55,359 nt of DNA from an uncultured Pelagibacteraceae bacterium (GCA_902518415.1 CABYGA010000004.1:1-55359); one strand, 5' to 3'; shown: positions 39,123 to 51,467, counted from the stretch's first letter. Program-made: numbers and translations. The notes: generated by a model from the sequence alone, not told the origin.

Positions 39123-39572
39123 ATGGTGGAAATTAATTACAATATAAAAAGTCTAGAGTGGAATAAAAATTTGCCTTCCTATAAAAAATGTATCTCTAAT
39201 TCTGTTAACCAGACATTTAAAATAATAAAATTTTCCTCTAATAATGAAATCTCTATTAGTTTTCTTCTTACATCAAATAGTGAGATAAAACTTTTAAACC
39301 AAAAATATAGAAATAAAAATAAAGCTACAAATGTTTTATCATTTCCAATGAATGAGAAGATTGAAAATAAAAATTATTTGGGAGATGTTGTCATCGCTTG
39401 TGAAAAAATTATTGATGAATCTTATGAACAAAATATAAAAAAATATAAATATTTATCAAAAATGACCATACATGGCGTGCTCCACTTATTAGGATATAAA
39501 CATGATACTGACAGGCAATTTAATAAAATGAATTCAATTGAAAAAAATATACTAGAAGAAATGTATAAATAA
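39123..39572 (+). CDS. ybeY: rRNA maturation factor YbeY
   Basis: LN..YR.K.K.TNVLSF, LGD, HG.LHLLGY.H. Confidence 0.95.
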   Translation: MVEINYNIKSLEWNKNLPSYKKCISNSVNQTFKIIKFSSNNEISISFLLTSNSEIKLLNQKYRNKNKATNVLSFPMNEKIENKNYLGDVVIACEKIIDESYEQNIKKYKYLSKMTIHGVLHLLGYKHDTDRQFNKMNSIEKNILEEMYK

Positions 39573-39574
39573 AT

Positions 39575-40405
39575 ATGTTTAAAAATTTAATAAACAGATT
39601 GTTTCCGAGTAAAAATATTAATGGTGAGTCCCTCAAGGAAAGTATTGAAACAGTCCTAGAGTCCTCTCAAAAAGGTACTGAAAGTATCTCAAAGCAAGAG
39701 AGATTGATGCTTTTAAATATTCTAAAAATTGATGAAATAAGAACGATAGACATCATGATCCCGAGAGCTGACATTGGAGCAGTCGAGGTCAATGACAGTT
39801 TTGAAAAAGTATTAGAAATATTTATCAAAGAGTCTCATTCCAGAGTTCCAGTATATGAAAATAATTTAGATAATATCATTGGGATGATTCATATAAAAGA
39901 TTTAGTTAAATATCAAAATGAGGGCCGAAAAGAAAATAAATTTTTGGACATTATTAAAAGAGAAGTTTTGGAAATTCCACCCTCAATGCCAGTTTTAGAT
40001 CTTCTATTAAAAATGCAAATCACACGACTACATATGGGAATAGTAATTGACGAGTATGGTTGTACGGACGGTTTAGTTACGATTGAGGATGTAATAGAGG
40101 AAGTAATTGGAGAAATTGAAGATGAACATGATGAGAAAAATTTGCCAATGCTAATCAAAACTTCTACCAATACAATTGAAGCAAGTGCAAGAGTTGAAAT
40201 AGATGAACTTCAAAAAATAACAAACATAAATTTCTTATCGAACGAAAACAGCGATGATATTGATACTTTAGGAGGTTTAATTTTTTCTATAGCTGGGCGA
40301 GTTCCTCAAAGGGGGGAGATTATTAAACATAGTTCAGGTGTGACCTTTGAAATCAATGATGCTGATCCAATGAAAATAAAATCAGTTAAAATAAAAATTA
40401 TATAA
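39575..40405 (+). CDS. corC: CBS/CorC-domain protein (YbeX)
   Basis: M.PR.DI, HSR.PVY, DEYG..DGLVTIED..E...GEIEDEHD, TLGG. Confidence 0.93.
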   Translation: MFKNLINRLFPSKNINGESLKESIETVLESSQKGTESISKQERLMLLNILKIDEIRTIDIMIPRADIGAVEVNDSFEKVLEIFIKESHSRVPVYENNLDNIIGMIHIKDLVKYQNEGRKENKFLDIIKREVLEIPPSMPVLDLLLKMQITRLHMGIVIDEYGCTDGLVTIEDVIEEVIGEIEDEHDEKNLPMLIKTSTNTIEASARVEIDELQKITNINFLSNENSDDIDTLGGLIFSIAGRVPQRGEIIKHSSGVTFEINDADPMKIKSVKIKII

Positions 40406-40411
40406 TAGTAT

Positions 40412-41857
40412 ATGTACTCAAAAGTTTTTTTTTATAATAAAAAACTTATGATTTATTTCTTCTCGTTTTTACTTGGGATACTTTTATCTTTCAGTTTTGA
40501 GCCCTTTAAATTGCCTTTCATGTCACTAATTGCCGTAGGTATGTTTTTTTTAGTAAATGATTATATTTATCAAAATTTAGAAAATAAAAAGAAAATATTT
40601 TTTCTCACAGGGTTACTTTTTGGGTTTGGGTTTTTCATATCTAGTATTAATTGGATTTCAAATTCAATTTTACAGTTTAATGCAGATTTATATTACTTAA
40701 TTCCAGTACCACTTTTAATACTCCCACTTGCCTTGTCACTATTTTATGCACTTATGCAAATTATTAATTATCTTTCGTGGTCTCAGTCCACCTCACGTAT
40801 TTTTTATTTCTCGGCTAATTGGGTAATTTTTGAATTATTAAGAAGCTATATGTTTTCAGGATTTCCTTGGAATCTAATTGCCTACAGTTGGTCATGGTCC
40901 ATATATTTCATGCAATCTTTATCATTGTTTGGAGTATTTGGTCTTAGCTTAATTACTGTTTTCTGCGCAACTAGTTTTTTTTCTTTTAGGATCAAAAATA
41001 ATAATATTATATTCCCACTAATTGCCAGCTTAGTACTACTGGCAACATTTCTATTTGGGTACAATCGTGTAAGTAACTACGAGGTAATAAAGTCTGGTAT
41101 TAGCTTAAGAATTGTTCACACTGATCTTAATCAAAATGAAAAGTGGAAAAAGGAGTCACACAAAAAGATTGCTGAGATGGGCTCACAAGACTTGATTACA
41201 ATTTTTCCAGAAACCGCGTTTGGAATGGACGGTAAAGGCCCATCAAATTGGTTCATTGGCCATATTCGTAATGAGGGAGGGCTTTATTACAATTCATTAT
41301 CTTTTAATGGTCACCAATACGACAAAATTAAATTAGTACCCTTTGGTGAAAAAATACCATTCTCTAATTTTTTAAAAATATTTTTTCCAAAAAACTCTTT
41401 ATTATTAAACTCAATGAAGAGTGGTAATGACGATCAATCATTTGAAAATAAAATTACGCCACTCATTTGTTATGAGGCTGTATTTCCTAATTTTGTTCGA
41501 AATAAAATTAATAATGAAACTGAATTACTAGTAAATATTACTAATGATGCATGGTTTGGTACTTTTAGTGGTCCAAAGCAACATTTTGTACATGTTTTGT
41601 ATAGATCAGTTGAATTGGGACTACCTCTTGCGAGATCATCTAATATGGGCATATCTGCATTGATAAGTCCTATTGGCCTTGTAGATGGAATAGCTAGTTC
41701 AGATAAAATATCCTTTATAGATGCAGAAATACCTAAAAAAATCGATACGACTATTTATCGGCAGTACGGTGAATTGATGGTGTATTTTTTAATAGTTTTA
41801 TTTTTTATTATTGGCTATGCTATCGATCAATTATTTTTGGGGAAAAAAAATGACTAA
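40412..41857 (+). CDS. lnt: Apolipoprotein N-acyltransferase
   Basis: GFPWN; catalytic triad in FPETA, YDK.KLVPFGE and ICYE; TNDAWFG. Confidence 0.96.
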   Translation: MYSKVFFYNKKLMIYFFSFLLGILLSFSFEPFKLPFMSLIAVGMFFLVNDYIYQNLENKKKIFFLTGLLFGFGFFISSINWISNSILQFNADLYYLIPVPLLILPLALSLFYALMQIINYLSWSQSTSRIFYFSANWVIFELLRSYMFSGFPWNLIAYSWSWSIYFMQSLSLFGVFGLSLITVFCATSFFSFRIKNNNIIFPLIASLVLLATFLFGYNRVSNYEVIKSGISLRIVHTDLNQNEKWKKESHKKIAEMGSQDLITIFPETAFGMDGKGPSNWFIGHIRNEGGLYYNSLSFNGHQYDKIKLVPFGEKIPFSNFLKIFFPKNSLLLNSMKSGNDDQSFENKITPLICYEAVFPNFVRNKINNETELLVNITNDAWFGTFSGPKQHFVHVLYRSVELGLPLARSSNMGISALISPIGLVDGIASSDKISFIDAEIPKKIDTTIYRQYGELMVYFLIVLFFIIGYAIDQLFLGKKND

Positions 41858-43007
41858 AGAATATTTATTTACAAGTGAATCCGTGTCAGAAGGCCATCCT
41901 GACAAAGTGTGTGATATTATTTCAGACTCAATAGTTGATGATTTTTTATCACAAGAAAATCCAGAAAATGCAAGGGTTGCAATGGAAACATTGGTTACTA
42001 CTAATAAAGTAGTTATTGCCGGCGAAGTTCGTGGTCCTGAAGGTTACAATTGTAATTATGAAGAGTTAGCAAGAAATGCAGTAAAAGAAATTGGATATGA
42101 ACAAGATGGATTTCATTGGAAAAACTTGTCTTTTGACTCGTCGGGTGTTCATAGTCAATCTGCAGATATAGCAATGGGTGTTGATGCATCTGGAAATAAA
42201 GATCAAGGTGCGGGAGATCAAGGAATAATGTTTGGATATGCATGTAAAGAAACACCATCTTTAATGCCAGCACCAATATATTATTCACATAAGATACTTG
42301 AATTAATGGCATCAGAGCGAAAATCTGGAAATACTACTGGAATACAACCTGACTCTAAAAGTCAGGTTACATTAAAATATAAAAATGGTGAGCCTGAAAT
42401 TTGCACTAAAATAGTTGTTTCTACTCAGCATGATGCAGAACTTGATCAGCAAGCTGTTAGTGATTTGGTAATTCCATTAATTAAAACTGTAATGCCTCAA
42501 GAATGGATGGATAATAATACTGAGATACTAATTAATCCAACTGGAAAATTTGTGATCGGTGGCCCTGATGGTGATACTGGATTAACTGGAAGAAAAATCA
42601 TTGTTGATACTTATGGTGGTGCTGCTCCTCATGGTGGTGGAGCTTTTTCTGGAAAAGACCCAACAAAAGTTGATAGATCTGCAGCATACATTTCAAGATA
42701 TATAGCTAAAAATATAGTTGCAGCTGGATTAGCTGATAGATGCACACTCCAACTTGCATACGCTATTGGTGTTTCCGAACCATTATCAATTTATGTAGAT
42801 ACCCATGGAACATCTCAAATAAAGGACGATGATTTAATAAAAAAAATAACTGATAATATTGATTTATCTCCTAGAGGTATAAGAGACCATTTAAGTTTGC
42901 ATAAGCCAATCTATAAAAAAAGTGCTGCATACGGACATTTTGGTAGAGAGCCTATGACGGATGGTTCTTTCTCTTGGGAAAAATTAGATCTAGCAGAAAA
43001 ATTATAA
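41850..43007 (+). CDS. metK: S-adenosylmethionine synthetase
   Basis: [34 protein letters not shown]; ATG 41850. Confidence 0.99.
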   Translation: MTKEYLFTSESVSEGHPDKVCDIISDSIVDDFLSQENPENARVAMETLVTTNKVVIAGEVRGPEGYNCNYEELARNAVKEIGYEQDGFHWKNLSFDSSGVHSQSADIAMGVDASGNKDQGAGDQGIMFGYACKETPSLMPAPIYYSHKILELMASERKSGNTTGIQPDSKSQVTLKYKNGEPEICTKIVVSTQHDAELDQQAVSDLVIPLIKTVMPQEWMDNNTEILINPTGKFVIGGPDGDTGLTGRKIIVDTYGGAAPHGGGAFSGKDPTKVDRSAAYISRYIAKNIVAAGLADRCTLQLAYAIGVSEPLSIYVDTHGTSQIKDDDLIKKITDNIDLSPRGIRDHLSLHKPIYKKSAAYGHFGREPMTDGSFSWEKLDLAEKL

Positions 43008-43011
43008 TTTA

Positions 43012-43713
43012 TTGTTAGACTTACGATCTAAATTTCCTGATTATTATCAGTATCATGGAAGAAATATTTCTAAGAAGCTTTCATTATCAAATGTAAGAAT
43101 TCTAAATGATTACTATAGTGAGTATTCATTAGATAAAAAAATATTAAATATCTCTTCTAAAACAAGTACCGAGAAGCTGCTACAATCGAACTTATTCAAA
43201 AAAGTAATAATAGAAGTTGGTTTTGGTGATGGAGAGCATCTCATTGAAAGTGCTCTTTCTAATCCAAAAGTTTTATTTGTTGGGTCAGAGGTATATGTTA
43301 ATGGAGTTGCTAAAGTATTGAAACAAATCCTAGAGAAAGACATTAAAAATATTCGTTTATGTGGTATGAATTTTATATATTTGCTTAATATACTTAATCA
43401 AAATAGCATTGATGAATTGAAAATTATTAATCCTGATCCGTGGCATAAAAAACGTCATTTTAAACGAAGATTAATTAATTTAGAAAATATTATTAAGATA
43501 ATTAGAATAGTAAAAAATAAATATGCCTCCTACATAACAACAGATTCTGAAAGTTACTTTAATTATATTAACGAAATTTTTAGTTCAAATTCAAAGATAA
43601 TTCATGAAAATAAAAATAAGATTCTATCGAAAAATGACAGATTATATGGTGTGTCAAGATACCAAAGAAAAGCCATTAAAAATGGAAAGAAAATATATCA
43701 ACTAACTTTCTGA
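43012..43713 (+). CDS. trmB: tRNA m7G46 methyltransferase
   Basis: EVGFG.GEH, G.EV, PDPWHKKRH.KRR; metK-trmB synteny; TTG start. Confidence 0.9.
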   Translation: MLDLRSKFPDYYQYHGRNISKKLSLSNVRILNDYYSEYSLDKKILNISSKTSTEKLLQSNLFKKVIIEVGFGDGEHLIESALSNPKVLFVGSEVYVNGVAKVLKQILEKDIKNIRLCGMNFIYLLNILNQNSIDELKIINPDPWHKKRHFKRRLINLENIIKIIRIVKNKYASYITTDSESYFNYINEIFSSNSKIIHENKNKILSKNDRLYGVSRYQRKAIKNGKKIYQLTF

Positions 43714-43734
43714 TATCATTATATATTTAGGTAC

Positions 43735-43763
43735 TTGATTTATGAGAATTAGCAGTGTATAGA
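43735..43763 (+). promoter_or_regulatory. Putative sigma70 promoter of the nusA-infB operon
   Basis: TTGATT-N17-TATAGA. Confidence 0.55.
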
Positions 43764-43789
43764 TCTTTCAAAATATAGCTAAACCAAGC

Positions 43790-43817
43790 AAAAGTGGGTT
43801 AAGCCCACTTTTTTTTT
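43790..43817 (+). terminator. Intrinsic terminator/attenuator hairpin in the nusA leader (rimP-leader-like)
   Basis: AAAAGTGGG-TTAAG-CCCACTTTT with a 9-T run (43809-43817), between the putative promoter and the nusA SD. Confidence 0.85.
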
Positions 43818-43836
43818 ACGCTCAAAGGAATAAAAG

Positions 43837-45372
43837 ATGGTTAGTGCAAATAAGATTGAAATTTTAAGAATAGCTGAAACTGTTGCTCAGGAAAAAATGA
43901 TTGACAAATCTATTGTAATTTCAGCATTAGAAGAAGCAATTGAAAAAGCAGCAAAAAGTAATTATGGCGAAGAAAATGAAGTTGTTGTTGAAATAAATCA
44001 AGAGAATGGTGATATATCCATTTCTAGAAAAATGTCGGTTGTTGAAGAAGTAAAGAATAAATTTCTTGAAATAACATTGAAATCGGCAAAAAAAATTAAT
44101 GGAGCTGCCCAGTTAGGCGATGTATTGCTTGATCCATTGCCAGCAATCGACTTTGGCAGAATTGGAGCTCAAGCAGCAAAGCAAGTTATTAATTCTAAAG
44201 TTCGAGAAGCTGAAAGAGAAAGACAATACAATGAATATAAAGATAGAGTTGGAGAAATAGTTAACGGTATTGTGAAAAGATCTGAATTTGGAAATATTGT
44301 ACTTGATTTAGGTAAAGCTGAAGGAGTGGTTAGAAAAGATCAAACTATACCAAGAGAAAATCTTAGAAATGGTGATAGGGTAAGAGCATATATATATGAT
44401 GTTAGATCTGAACTTAAAGGCCCACAAATTTTTATGTCAAGATCTCATCCGCAATTTATGGCAAAGTTATTTATGCAGGAAGTCCCAGAAATTTACGATG
44501 GAATCATTTCTATTAAAAGTGTTGCTAGAGATCCAGGAAGTAGAGCGAAGATAGCAGTATATACTGAAGATGGCTCAATAGATCCAGTAGGAGCCTGTGT
44601 AGGAATGCGAGGTAGCAGAGTCCAAGCGGTAGTAAATGAATTACAAGGTGAAAAAATTGATATAATAAACTGGTCCGAAAATGTTGCGAATCTTGCTATT
44701 TCTTCTCTTTCTCCAGCAGAGGTACTTAAAGTAGTTTTAGATGAAGATCAAAATAAAATAGAGGTCGTTGTATCCGAAGAACACCTAAGCCTTGCAATTG
44801 GCAGAAGGGGACAAAACGTAAAACTTGCGACTGAGCTGACAGGTTATGAAATAGATATTTTAACTGAAGATGAGGAGTCATCAAAAAGACAAGAGGACTT
44901 CTCAACTAAAACAAATGTATTTATTGACTCACTAGATGTTGACGAAACTCTCGCGCAACTTTTAGTAAGTGAGGGATTTGGCAGCATTGAAGAGGTAATT
45001 GATGCTGAAGAAAGTGAACTTCTAGCAATCGAAGGATTTGATGAAGAAATTGCAGCTGAGTTAGTTGAGAGATCAAAGAAATATATGTCTGAGTTGGATG
45101 AAAAAAATAACAAAAAACTTGAGGAGTATAATGTTTCAAAAGATTTGATTGAATTCAGTTTTTTATCTAAAGCGATGTTAGTAAAACTTGCCGAGAATAA
45201 TATAAAGACGTTGGAAGACTTTGCAGGTCTAACTACTGATGATCTAATCGGATACCTTGAAGATAGAAGTGATAAAAATTCTAGAGTTACTGGTCTATTC
45301 GAAGAATTTAATATTAATAAAGATGAAGGCGATCAATTAATTATGGAGGCAAGAAAAATATGGCTTGATTAG
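43837..45372 (+). CDS. nusA: Transcription elongation factor NusA
   Basis: FGRI.AQ.AKQ, ARDPGSRAK, GACVGMRGSRV, AIGRRGQNV, acidic C-terminal repeats. Confidence 0.99.
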   Translation: MVSANKIEILRIAETVAQEKMIDKSIVISALEEAIEKAAKSNYGEENEVVVEINQENGDISISRKMSVVEEVKNKFLEITLKSAKKINGAAQLGDVLLDPLPAIDFGRIGAQAAKQVINSKVREAERERQYNEYKDRVGEIVNGIVKRSEFGNIVLDLGKAEGVVRKDQTIPRENLRNGDRVRAYIYDVRSELKGPQIFMSRSHPQFMAKLFMQEVPEIYDGIISIKSVARDPGSRAKIAVYTEDGSIDPVGACVGMRGSRVQAVVNELQGEKIDIINWSENVANLAISSLSPAEVLKVVLDEDQNKIEVVVSEEHLSLAIGRRGQNVKLATELTGYEIDILTEDEESSKRQEDFSTKTNVFIDSLDVDETLAQLLVSEGFGSIEEVIDAEESELLAIEGFDEEIAAELVERSKKYMSELDEKNNKKLEEYNVSKDLIEFSFLSKAMLVKLAENNIKTLEDFAGLTTDDLIGYLEDRSDKNSRVTGLFEEFNINKDEGDQLIMEARKIWLD

Positions 45373-45393
45373 TCATATATCTAAAGGACTCTC

Positions 45394-47799
45394 ATGACTG
45401 AAAATAAAGAGATAAAAAAAGGAAAAAAAACGCTAAGTCTTAAGTTGGGTTCGAAACCCATCATCTCTAACAAAAGAGGGATCGAGGCAGGCAAGACAGT
45501 AATTGTAGAAAAAAAAAGGTATAAAAGAAATACCAATACAGATCAGAAGCCTGAACAGGCATCACTAGATAAAAAAGAAGTTAGCAGCACATCCAACTTA
45601 ACAGAAAAAACTATCACAGATACGAAGTCAAGATCAGGTGTAATTTTGAAACCACTGACTAAGGATGAACAAAAAAAGATTTTACAAGCAGATAGCAAAG
45701 AAGAAAAAATTGATGCTATTGATAAAATAAGAAAAGGTAATTTAGCTGAAGAGTCCACAAATGAAAAAGATACAAAAGTTGAGGACAATTCAGAATCTAG
45801 TATTGAATTAAAAGAAGATAAAAAAGATATTGAAAAGAAGAAGGCTATTCAAGATAAAGAAACAGATTTTCAAGAAAAAAAGAAACCAACCAGCACCTTT
45901 GGTAGAAAAAAAATTAGAGAGAGAAAAGTAACTATTGTCACTGCCTTGAGTGATGTAGACGAAAGAACTAGGAGCTTAGCTGCATACAAAAGAGCAAAGC
46001 AAAAGACAAGAAAAAACCAAGCAGATCAAGAGCCTGCTAAAAAAATTGTTAGAGATGTTTATATTCCAGAACATATAACAGTGAAAGAATTAGCCAATCG
46101 AATGACAGAAAAATCAGGAGATTTAATTAAATCATTAATGAAAATGGGAATGATGGCTACAATAAATGAGTCTCTTGATGCAGATACAGCTGAATTATTA
46201 GTAACTGAATTTGGCCATAACTTTAAAAGAGAAAATATTGAGGAAATAGAGAAAGATCTAATTTCTAAGGACATTGAGGCAATAAAAGAAGACCCAAGAT
46301 CACCTATTGTTACCATAATGGGTCATGTAGATCATGGAAAAACTTCTTTATTAGACAAAATCAGGAATGCAAATGTTGTTTCAGGAGAAAGTGGAGGTAT
46401 TACCCAGCATATAGGCGCTTACGAAGTTGAGCATAAAGGTAGTAAAATTACTTTTATCGATACTCCTGGACATGCAGCATTTACAGATATGCGAGCAAGA
46501 GGTGCAAATGTAACTGATATAGTAATTTTAATTGTTGCCGCTGATGATGGAGTAATGCCTCAGACAAAAGAAGCAATAGCCCATGCTAAATCTGCAAATG
46601 CCCCAATTATAGTTGCAATTAATAAGTGTGATAAGGAGGAGGCTCAACCTCAAAAAATTAAAGAACAATTATTATCAGAGGAATTAATCGTTGAAGATTT
46701 GTCTGGAGATGTACAATGTATTGAAGTGTCAGCAGAAACAGGACACAACCTTGACAAACTTCTTGACTCAATTGTTGTTCAGTCAGAGGTTTCAGAGCTA
46801 AAGACAAATAATCAAACTTTTGCTGAAGCCACTGTAATCGAGGCTAATGTTGATAAAGGTAGAGGTCCAATATGTAATATTATTATAACAAATGGAAAAC
46901 TATCTGTTGGAGATATTGCTGTTGCAGGAAGTGAATACGGTAAGGTAAGAGCGATACTTAATGATAAGGGAAAAAATTTAAAAGAGGCAACTTCATCTAT
47001 GCCTGTACAGGTCTTAGGTTTAAATAATCCTCCTGAGGCTGGAGATAGTTTTGTCACAGTTGAAAGTGACGAAAAAGCGAGAGAATTATGTGAGATTAGA
47101 AGTGAAATAAAAACTAATAAAGCGTTACCAAAGAAGATCAAAAATCTAGATGGAGATACAACATTTGGCTCATTAAATGGTAAAAAGGAAATATTGGAAG
47201 TCGTGGTGAAATCTGATACTCGAGGATCTTCAGAAGCTATCGTCCATCAAATTGAAGGCATTGATAGTGATAAGATAAACATTAAAGTAATTCATTCAGG
47301 TGTGGGATTTATAAATGAAAGTGATGTTGCCCTTGCGTCAGCATCTAACGCATTACTCATTTCATTTAATACGACAGCAACAAAAGAGGCAAAATCAAAG
47401 GCTAAGCTAAGTAATCTAAATATTCAAAATTTTAATATTATCTATGAACTTCTTGAATATGTTTCTGATTTTGCAAGCGGTAAACTTAAGCCTACTCTTC
47501 AAGAAAGTTTTATTGGTAAAGCAGAAGTTCTACAAATTTTCAAAGTTTCAAAAATAGGCTCAATCGCAGGTTGTATTGTTGTTGAAGGTTCTGTTAATAA
47601 AAATGCTAAAGTAAGAGTAACAAGAAATTCAGAAACCATATATGATGGTGATATTCTCAGTTTAAAACGAGAAAAAAATGAAGCAAATGAAGTTAAAGCT
47701 GGAACAGAATGTGGAATAAGTGTTAAAGAATTTAACGATTTCCAAATAGGAGATAATATAGAAGTATTTAGTGTTGAGGAAATAGCACAGTCACTGTGA
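45394..47799 (+). CDS. infB: Translation initiation factor IF-2
   Basis: [26 protein letters not shown]. Confidence 0.99.
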   Translation: MTENKEIKKGKKTLSLKLGSKPIISNKRGIEAGKTVIVEKKRYKRNTNTDQKPEQASLDKKEVSSTSNLTEKTITDTKSRSGVILKPLTKDEQKKILQADSKEEKIDAIDKIRKGNLAEESTNEKDTKVEDNSESSIELKEDKKDIEKKKAIQDKETDFQEKKKPTSTFGRKKIRERKVTIVTALSDVDERTRSLAAYKRAKQKTRKNQADQEPAKKIVRDVYIPEHITVKELANRMTEKSGDLIKSLMKMGMMATINESLDADTAELLVTEFGHNFKRENIEEIEKDLISKDIEAIKEDPRSPIVTIMGHVDHGKTSLLDKIRNANVVSGESGGITQHIGAYEVEHKGSKITFIDTPGHAAFTDMRARGANVTDIVILIVAADDGVMPQTKEAIAHAKSANAPIIVAINKCDKEEAQPQKIKEQLLSEELIVEDLSGDVQCIEVSAETGHNLDKLLDSIVVQSEVSELKTNNQTFAEATVIEANVDKGRGPICNIIITNGKLSVGDIAVAGSEYGKVRAILNDKGKNLKEATSSMPVQVLGLNNPPEAGDSFVTVESDEKARELCEIRSEIKTNKALPKKIKNLDGDTTFGSLNGKKEILEVVVKSDTRGSSEAIVHQIEGIDSDKINIKVIHSGVGFINESDVALASASNALLISFNTTATKEAKSKAKLSNLNIQNFNIIYELLEYVSDFASGKLKPTLQESFIGKAEVLQIFKVSKIGSIAGCIVVEGSVNKNAKVRVTRNSETIYDGDILSLKREKNEANEVKAGTECGISVKEFNDFQIGDNIEVFSVEEIAQSL

Positions 47800-48185
47800 T
47801 CCTAAAAAGGAAATACGAAACCACTGATAGATCTCTAAAAGTTTCTGAAATAATTAGAAAAGCAGTAAGTGAAGTTCTTGTAAGAAATGAATTTCCAATT
47901 AATCCATCATTTAATTTTCCATTAAGCGTTGTTAATGTTGAAATGAATAAGGATCTTAAAATTGCATATGTATATGTATTAACTCATGAAAAAATAGATA
48001 AGGATGAAATTATAGAAAGACTAAAGAGCTGTAAAAAATATATTTCTCAAGAAGTAAATAAGTTAGTAGATCTTAAGTTTATTCCTAAGTTAGTATTTCG
48101 AAATGATGAGACAGTTGACCAATTAAATAATATCAACAATTTATTAAATTCTGATAAATTTATTAAAGACAATAATGTAGATTAA
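47796..48185 (+). CDS. rbfA: Ribosome-binding factor A
   Basis: R..KV.E.IR, V.M..DLK.A.VYV, P.L.F..D; infB-rbfA-truB synteny; GTGA overlap. Confidence 0.92.
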   Translation: MILKRKYETTDRSLKVSEIIRKAVSEVLVRNEFPINPSFNFPLSVVNVEMNKDLKIAYVYVLTHEKIDKDEIIERLKSCKKYISQEVNKLVDLKFIPKLVFRNDETVDQLNNINNLLNSDKFIKDNNVD

Positions 48186-48186
48186 G

Positions 48187-49062
48187 ATGAAAGATGGGTG
48201 GATCTTTATAGATAAACCTAAGGAGATAAGTTCATTTGAAGTTATCAGGAAACTAAGAAAAATTCTTAACATTAAAAAAATTGGTCATGCAGGAACGTTA
48301 GATCCATTTGCTACTGGGGTGCTGGCAGTAGCACTAGGTGAAGCAACAAAAAGTATATCATATTTTAATGCTAGCAAGTTCTATCAATTTCGAGTTTTAT
48401 TTGGAATATCAAAAGACACTGACGACTCTACTGGTAAAACTCTGCAGACCTCAGATGCAATTCCATCAAAAAAAGATATTGATGTATGTCTAAAAAATTT
48501 CATTGGTTTTCAACAACAGGTCCCTCCAAGATACTCAGCAGTAAAAATAAATGGCAAAAGGGCCTATAAATTGGCAAGAGAAAACAAAACCTTTGAAATT
48601 AAATCTAAAGAGGTAAATATCCAGAATCTTACTTGTTCAGCTACGGAAAAAAAAGAAGAATTCATATTTACTATGGAATGCTCTAGTGGAACCTATGTAA
48701 GATCATTTGCTAGAGATCTAGGCAAAATGCTAAATACATTTGCTCATGTTTCTGAGTTAAGAAGGATCAAAATTGGAAGATTTGGTGAAAATAATATTAT
48801 TTTACTAGATAATTTAGCTGAATTAGTACATATTGGCGATCATTTTGAGATGATACATTCTATTCAAGATGTACTGGACGACATCCCGGCAGTACAACTA
48901 AATAGAGATTTAAGTAAGAAATTTCAAAATGGACTAAACTTTGATTACTTTAATGAAGATATATTTGAAGATACTTTATTAATTATATCCGATGAAAAAC
49001 TTTTAGGCATTGGCAAAGTTATAGAGGGAAAAATAAAACCTGTAAGGGTTTTCAATTTGTAA
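48187..49062 (+). CDS. truB: tRNA pseudouridine(55) synthase
   Basis: GHAGTLDPFATG, PP.YSA.K.NG, GTYVRS. Confidence 0.98.
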   Translation: MKDGWIFIDKPKEISSFEVIRKLRKILNIKKIGHAGTLDPFATGVLAVALGEATKSISYFNASKFYQFRVLFGISKDTDDSTGKTLQTSDAIPSKKDIDVCLKNFIGFQQQVPPRYSAVKINGKRAYKLARENKTFEIKSKEVNIQNLTCSATEKKEEFIFTMECSSGTYVRSFARDLGKMLNTFAHVSELRRIKIGRFGENNIILLDNLAELVHIGDHFEMIHSIQDVLDDIPAVQLNRDLSKKFQNGLNFDYFNEDIFEDTLLIISDEKLLGIGKVIEGKIKPVRVFNL

Positions 49063-49073
49063 AAGGATAAGAG

Positions 49074-49343
49074 ATGTCGATAAAAAGTGAAAGTAAAAGT
49101 AAACTCATAAATGAGTACTCAAGATCAGAAAAAGATACAGGTTCTCCAGAAGTACAAATAGCGATTCTTACTGAGAGAATTACCAATCTAACTGGACATT
49201 TTCAATCTCATAAAAAAGATAACCATTCTAGAACAGGATTAATGAGATTGATAAATCAAAGACGCAGTTTGCTAGCGTATTTAAAGAAAAGCAACAAAGA
49301 TTCTTATGACAAGTTAATCGATAAATTAGGAATTAGAAAATAA
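49074..49343 (+). CDS. rpsO: 30S ribosomal protein S15
   Basis: [24 protein letters not shown]. Confidence 0.99.
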   Translation: MSIKSESKSKLINEYSRSEKDTGSPEVQIAILTERITNLTGHFQSHKKDNHSRTGLMRLINQRRSLLAYLKKSNKDSYDKLIDKLGIRK

Positions 49344-49373
49344 TAATGAACTATATTAAATTTAAAGGAATGA

Positions 49374-51449
49374 ATGAATATGAAAGAAGTGATTTCAAGA
49401 GAAATGAACTGGGGCGACCAGAAACTAAAAATAGAAACAGGAAAAGTAGCAAAACAGGCAACCGCATCAACAATTGTTAGCTATGGTGATACAGTTGTTA
49501 TGGCAAATGTCGTAGCAGCTAAAGAGCCAAAACCAGATTTAGATTTTTTTCCACTTACAGTAAGTTATCAGGAAAAATTTTATGCCGCTGGTAAAATTCC
49601 AGGCGGTTTTTTTAAAAGAGAGGGAAGACCAACAGAGTTTGAAACTCTTACCTCAAGATTAATTGATCGTCCAATCAGGCCTCTCTTTCCAGAAGGCTTT
49701 AAAAATGAAACTCAAGTTATATTAACTGTGCTTTCGCATGACGGAGAAACCAATCCTGACATTGTTGCAATGATTGCGGCCTCAAGTGCATTAACTTTGT
49801 CTGGAGTTCCTTTTATGGGCCCAATTGGTGGCTGTAGAGTGGGTTATGATGGATCAAATTATACATTGAATCCAAAAATAAATGATGATGGAGATCTTGA
49901 TCTTGTCGTTGCAGGCACTAGCGACGCTGTACTAATGGTTGAATCTGAAGCAAAGCAGCTTTCAGAGGAAATAATGTTAGGAGCGGTAAAGTTTGGTCAT
50001 GAGTCAATGCAAGAAGTTATAAAAATCATAATCAATCTTGCTGAGGAATGCGCAAATGACCCTTGGGAGTTCAGTCATACAATTAATGAGTCATTGTTAG
50101 ATGAAATTAAAAAAACTTGTGAAGATGAAATTGCGAAGAGTTACTCAATTGTTGATAAGATGGAAAGACAAAGTTCGCTTTCTGCAATTAAGTCAAGTTT
50201 AGAGGATCAATATAAAGAAAACGAAGAATACAGTATCAACGAGGTAATGGGATATTTTAAAAAAATCGAAAAAAATGTTGTTAGATCTCAAATATTAAAT
50301 AATCAATCTAGAATTGACGGTCGGAAATTAGATGAAGTAAGAAATATTTCGTCGGAAGTATCGTGGCTACCAAGAACGCATGGATCTGCTTTATTTACAA
50401 GAGGAGAGACTCAAGCAATTGTTGTGGCAACTTTAGGATTTGGCGAAGATGAACAAAGAATTGAGGCGCTGCAAGGATCATACAAAGAAAATTTTATGCT
50501 TCATTATAATTTTCCACCATATTCAGTTGGTGAAGTAGGAAGACTAGGAGCAACAGGTAGACGTGAAATTGGTCATGGAAAACTTGCATGGAGAGCTCTA
50601 AAGGCAGTTTTACCATCAAAAGATGATTTTGATTATACCATAAGATTAGTTTCAGATATTACTGAGTCAAATGGATCATCTTCTATGGCAACTGTGTGTG
50701 GTTCATCACTTGCATTAATGGATGCGGGGGTTCCTATCAAAAACTCTGTTTCAGGAATAGCAATGGGCTTAATAAAAGAAGGTGATGATTTTGCAGTTCT
50801 ATCAGATATTTTGGGAGATGAAGACCACCTTGGTGATATGGACTTTAAGGTGGCTGGAACCAAGGAAGGTGTAACCTCTCTTCAAATGGACATTAAGATC
50901 ACAGGCATCACCTATGAAATTATGGAGAAAGCTCTTGAACAAGCAAAGGGTGGGAGGGACTATATTCTTAATGAAATGAACAATGAAATTTCTGAAGCCA
51001 GAACAGAACTAGGTCCTTACACTCCTCGTAGTGAGACAATAAAAGTCAAACGGGACAATATTGGAGAAATAATTGGTAAAGGTGGTTCTACAATTAAGGA
51101 TATTATCGAAAAATCTGGAGCAAAGATTGACATAAGTGATAATGGAAATGTTAAAATTGCTGGAACTAATAACGAAAGTATTGAGGCGGCTAAAGAACTT
51201 ATCAATTCTATAATTGAAGAGCCAGAGGTGGGACAGGTTTATGAAGGTAAAGTTGTTAAGATTATGGAATTTGGTGCTTTTGTTAACTTCTTTGGAAAAA
51301 GGGACGGTCTTGTTCATATTTCTCAACTCTCAAAAGAAAGAGTTGAAAAAGTTACTGACGTAGTAAATGAGGGTGATATAGTTAAGGTAAAGGTTCTTGG
51401 TTTTGATAAAGGTAAAGTTAAATTATCAATTAAGGATACTGAAGAATAA
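49374..51449 (+). CDS. pnp: Polynucleotide phosphorylase
   Basis: [36 protein letters not shown] and S1 domains. Confidence 0.99.
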   Translation: MNMKEVISREMNWGDQKLKIETGKVAKQATASTIVSYGDTVVMANVVAAKEPKPDLDFFPLTVSYQEKFYAAGKIPGGFFKREGRPTEFETLTSRLIDRPIRPLFPEGFKNETQVILTVLSHDGETNPDIVAMIAASSALTLSGVPFMGPIGGCRVGYDGSNYTLNPKINDDGDLDLVVAGTSDAVLMVESEAKQLSEEIMLGAVKFGHESMQEVIKIIINLAEECANDPWEFSHTINESLLDEIKKTCEDEIAKSYSIVDKMERQSSLSAIKSSLEDQYKENEEYSINEVMGYFKKIEKNVVRSQILNNQSRIDGRKLDEVRNISSEVSWLPRTHGSALFTRGETQAIVVATLGFGEDEQRIEALQGSYKENFMLHYNFPPYSVGEVGRLGATGRREIGHGKLAWRALKAVLPSKDDFDYTIRLVSDITESNGSSSMATVCGSSLALMDAGVPIKNSVSGIAMGLIKEGDDFAVLSDILGDEDHLGDMDFKVAGTKEGVTSLQMDIKITGITYEIMEKALEQAKGGRDYILNEMNNEISEARTELGPYTPRSETIKVKRDNIGEIIGKGGSTIKDIIEKSGAKIDISDNGNVKIAGTNNESIEAAKELINSIIEEPEVGQVYEGKVVKIMEFGAFVNFFGKRDGLVHISQLSKERVEKVTDVVNEGDIVKVKVLGFDKGKVKLSIKDTEE

Positions 51450-51467
51450 TTTTTTTAAAAATTTGAA

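Noticed and set aside
41811-41857. SAM riboswitch upstream of metK
   Set aside because: The metK start overlaps the end of lnt; there is no leader and no recognisable motif.
29195-43713. Visibly more AT-rich block as a horizontally acquired island
   Set aside because: The genes are conserved housekeeping genes in ancestral order, with no integrase, tRNA or flanking repeats; GC content was not computed.
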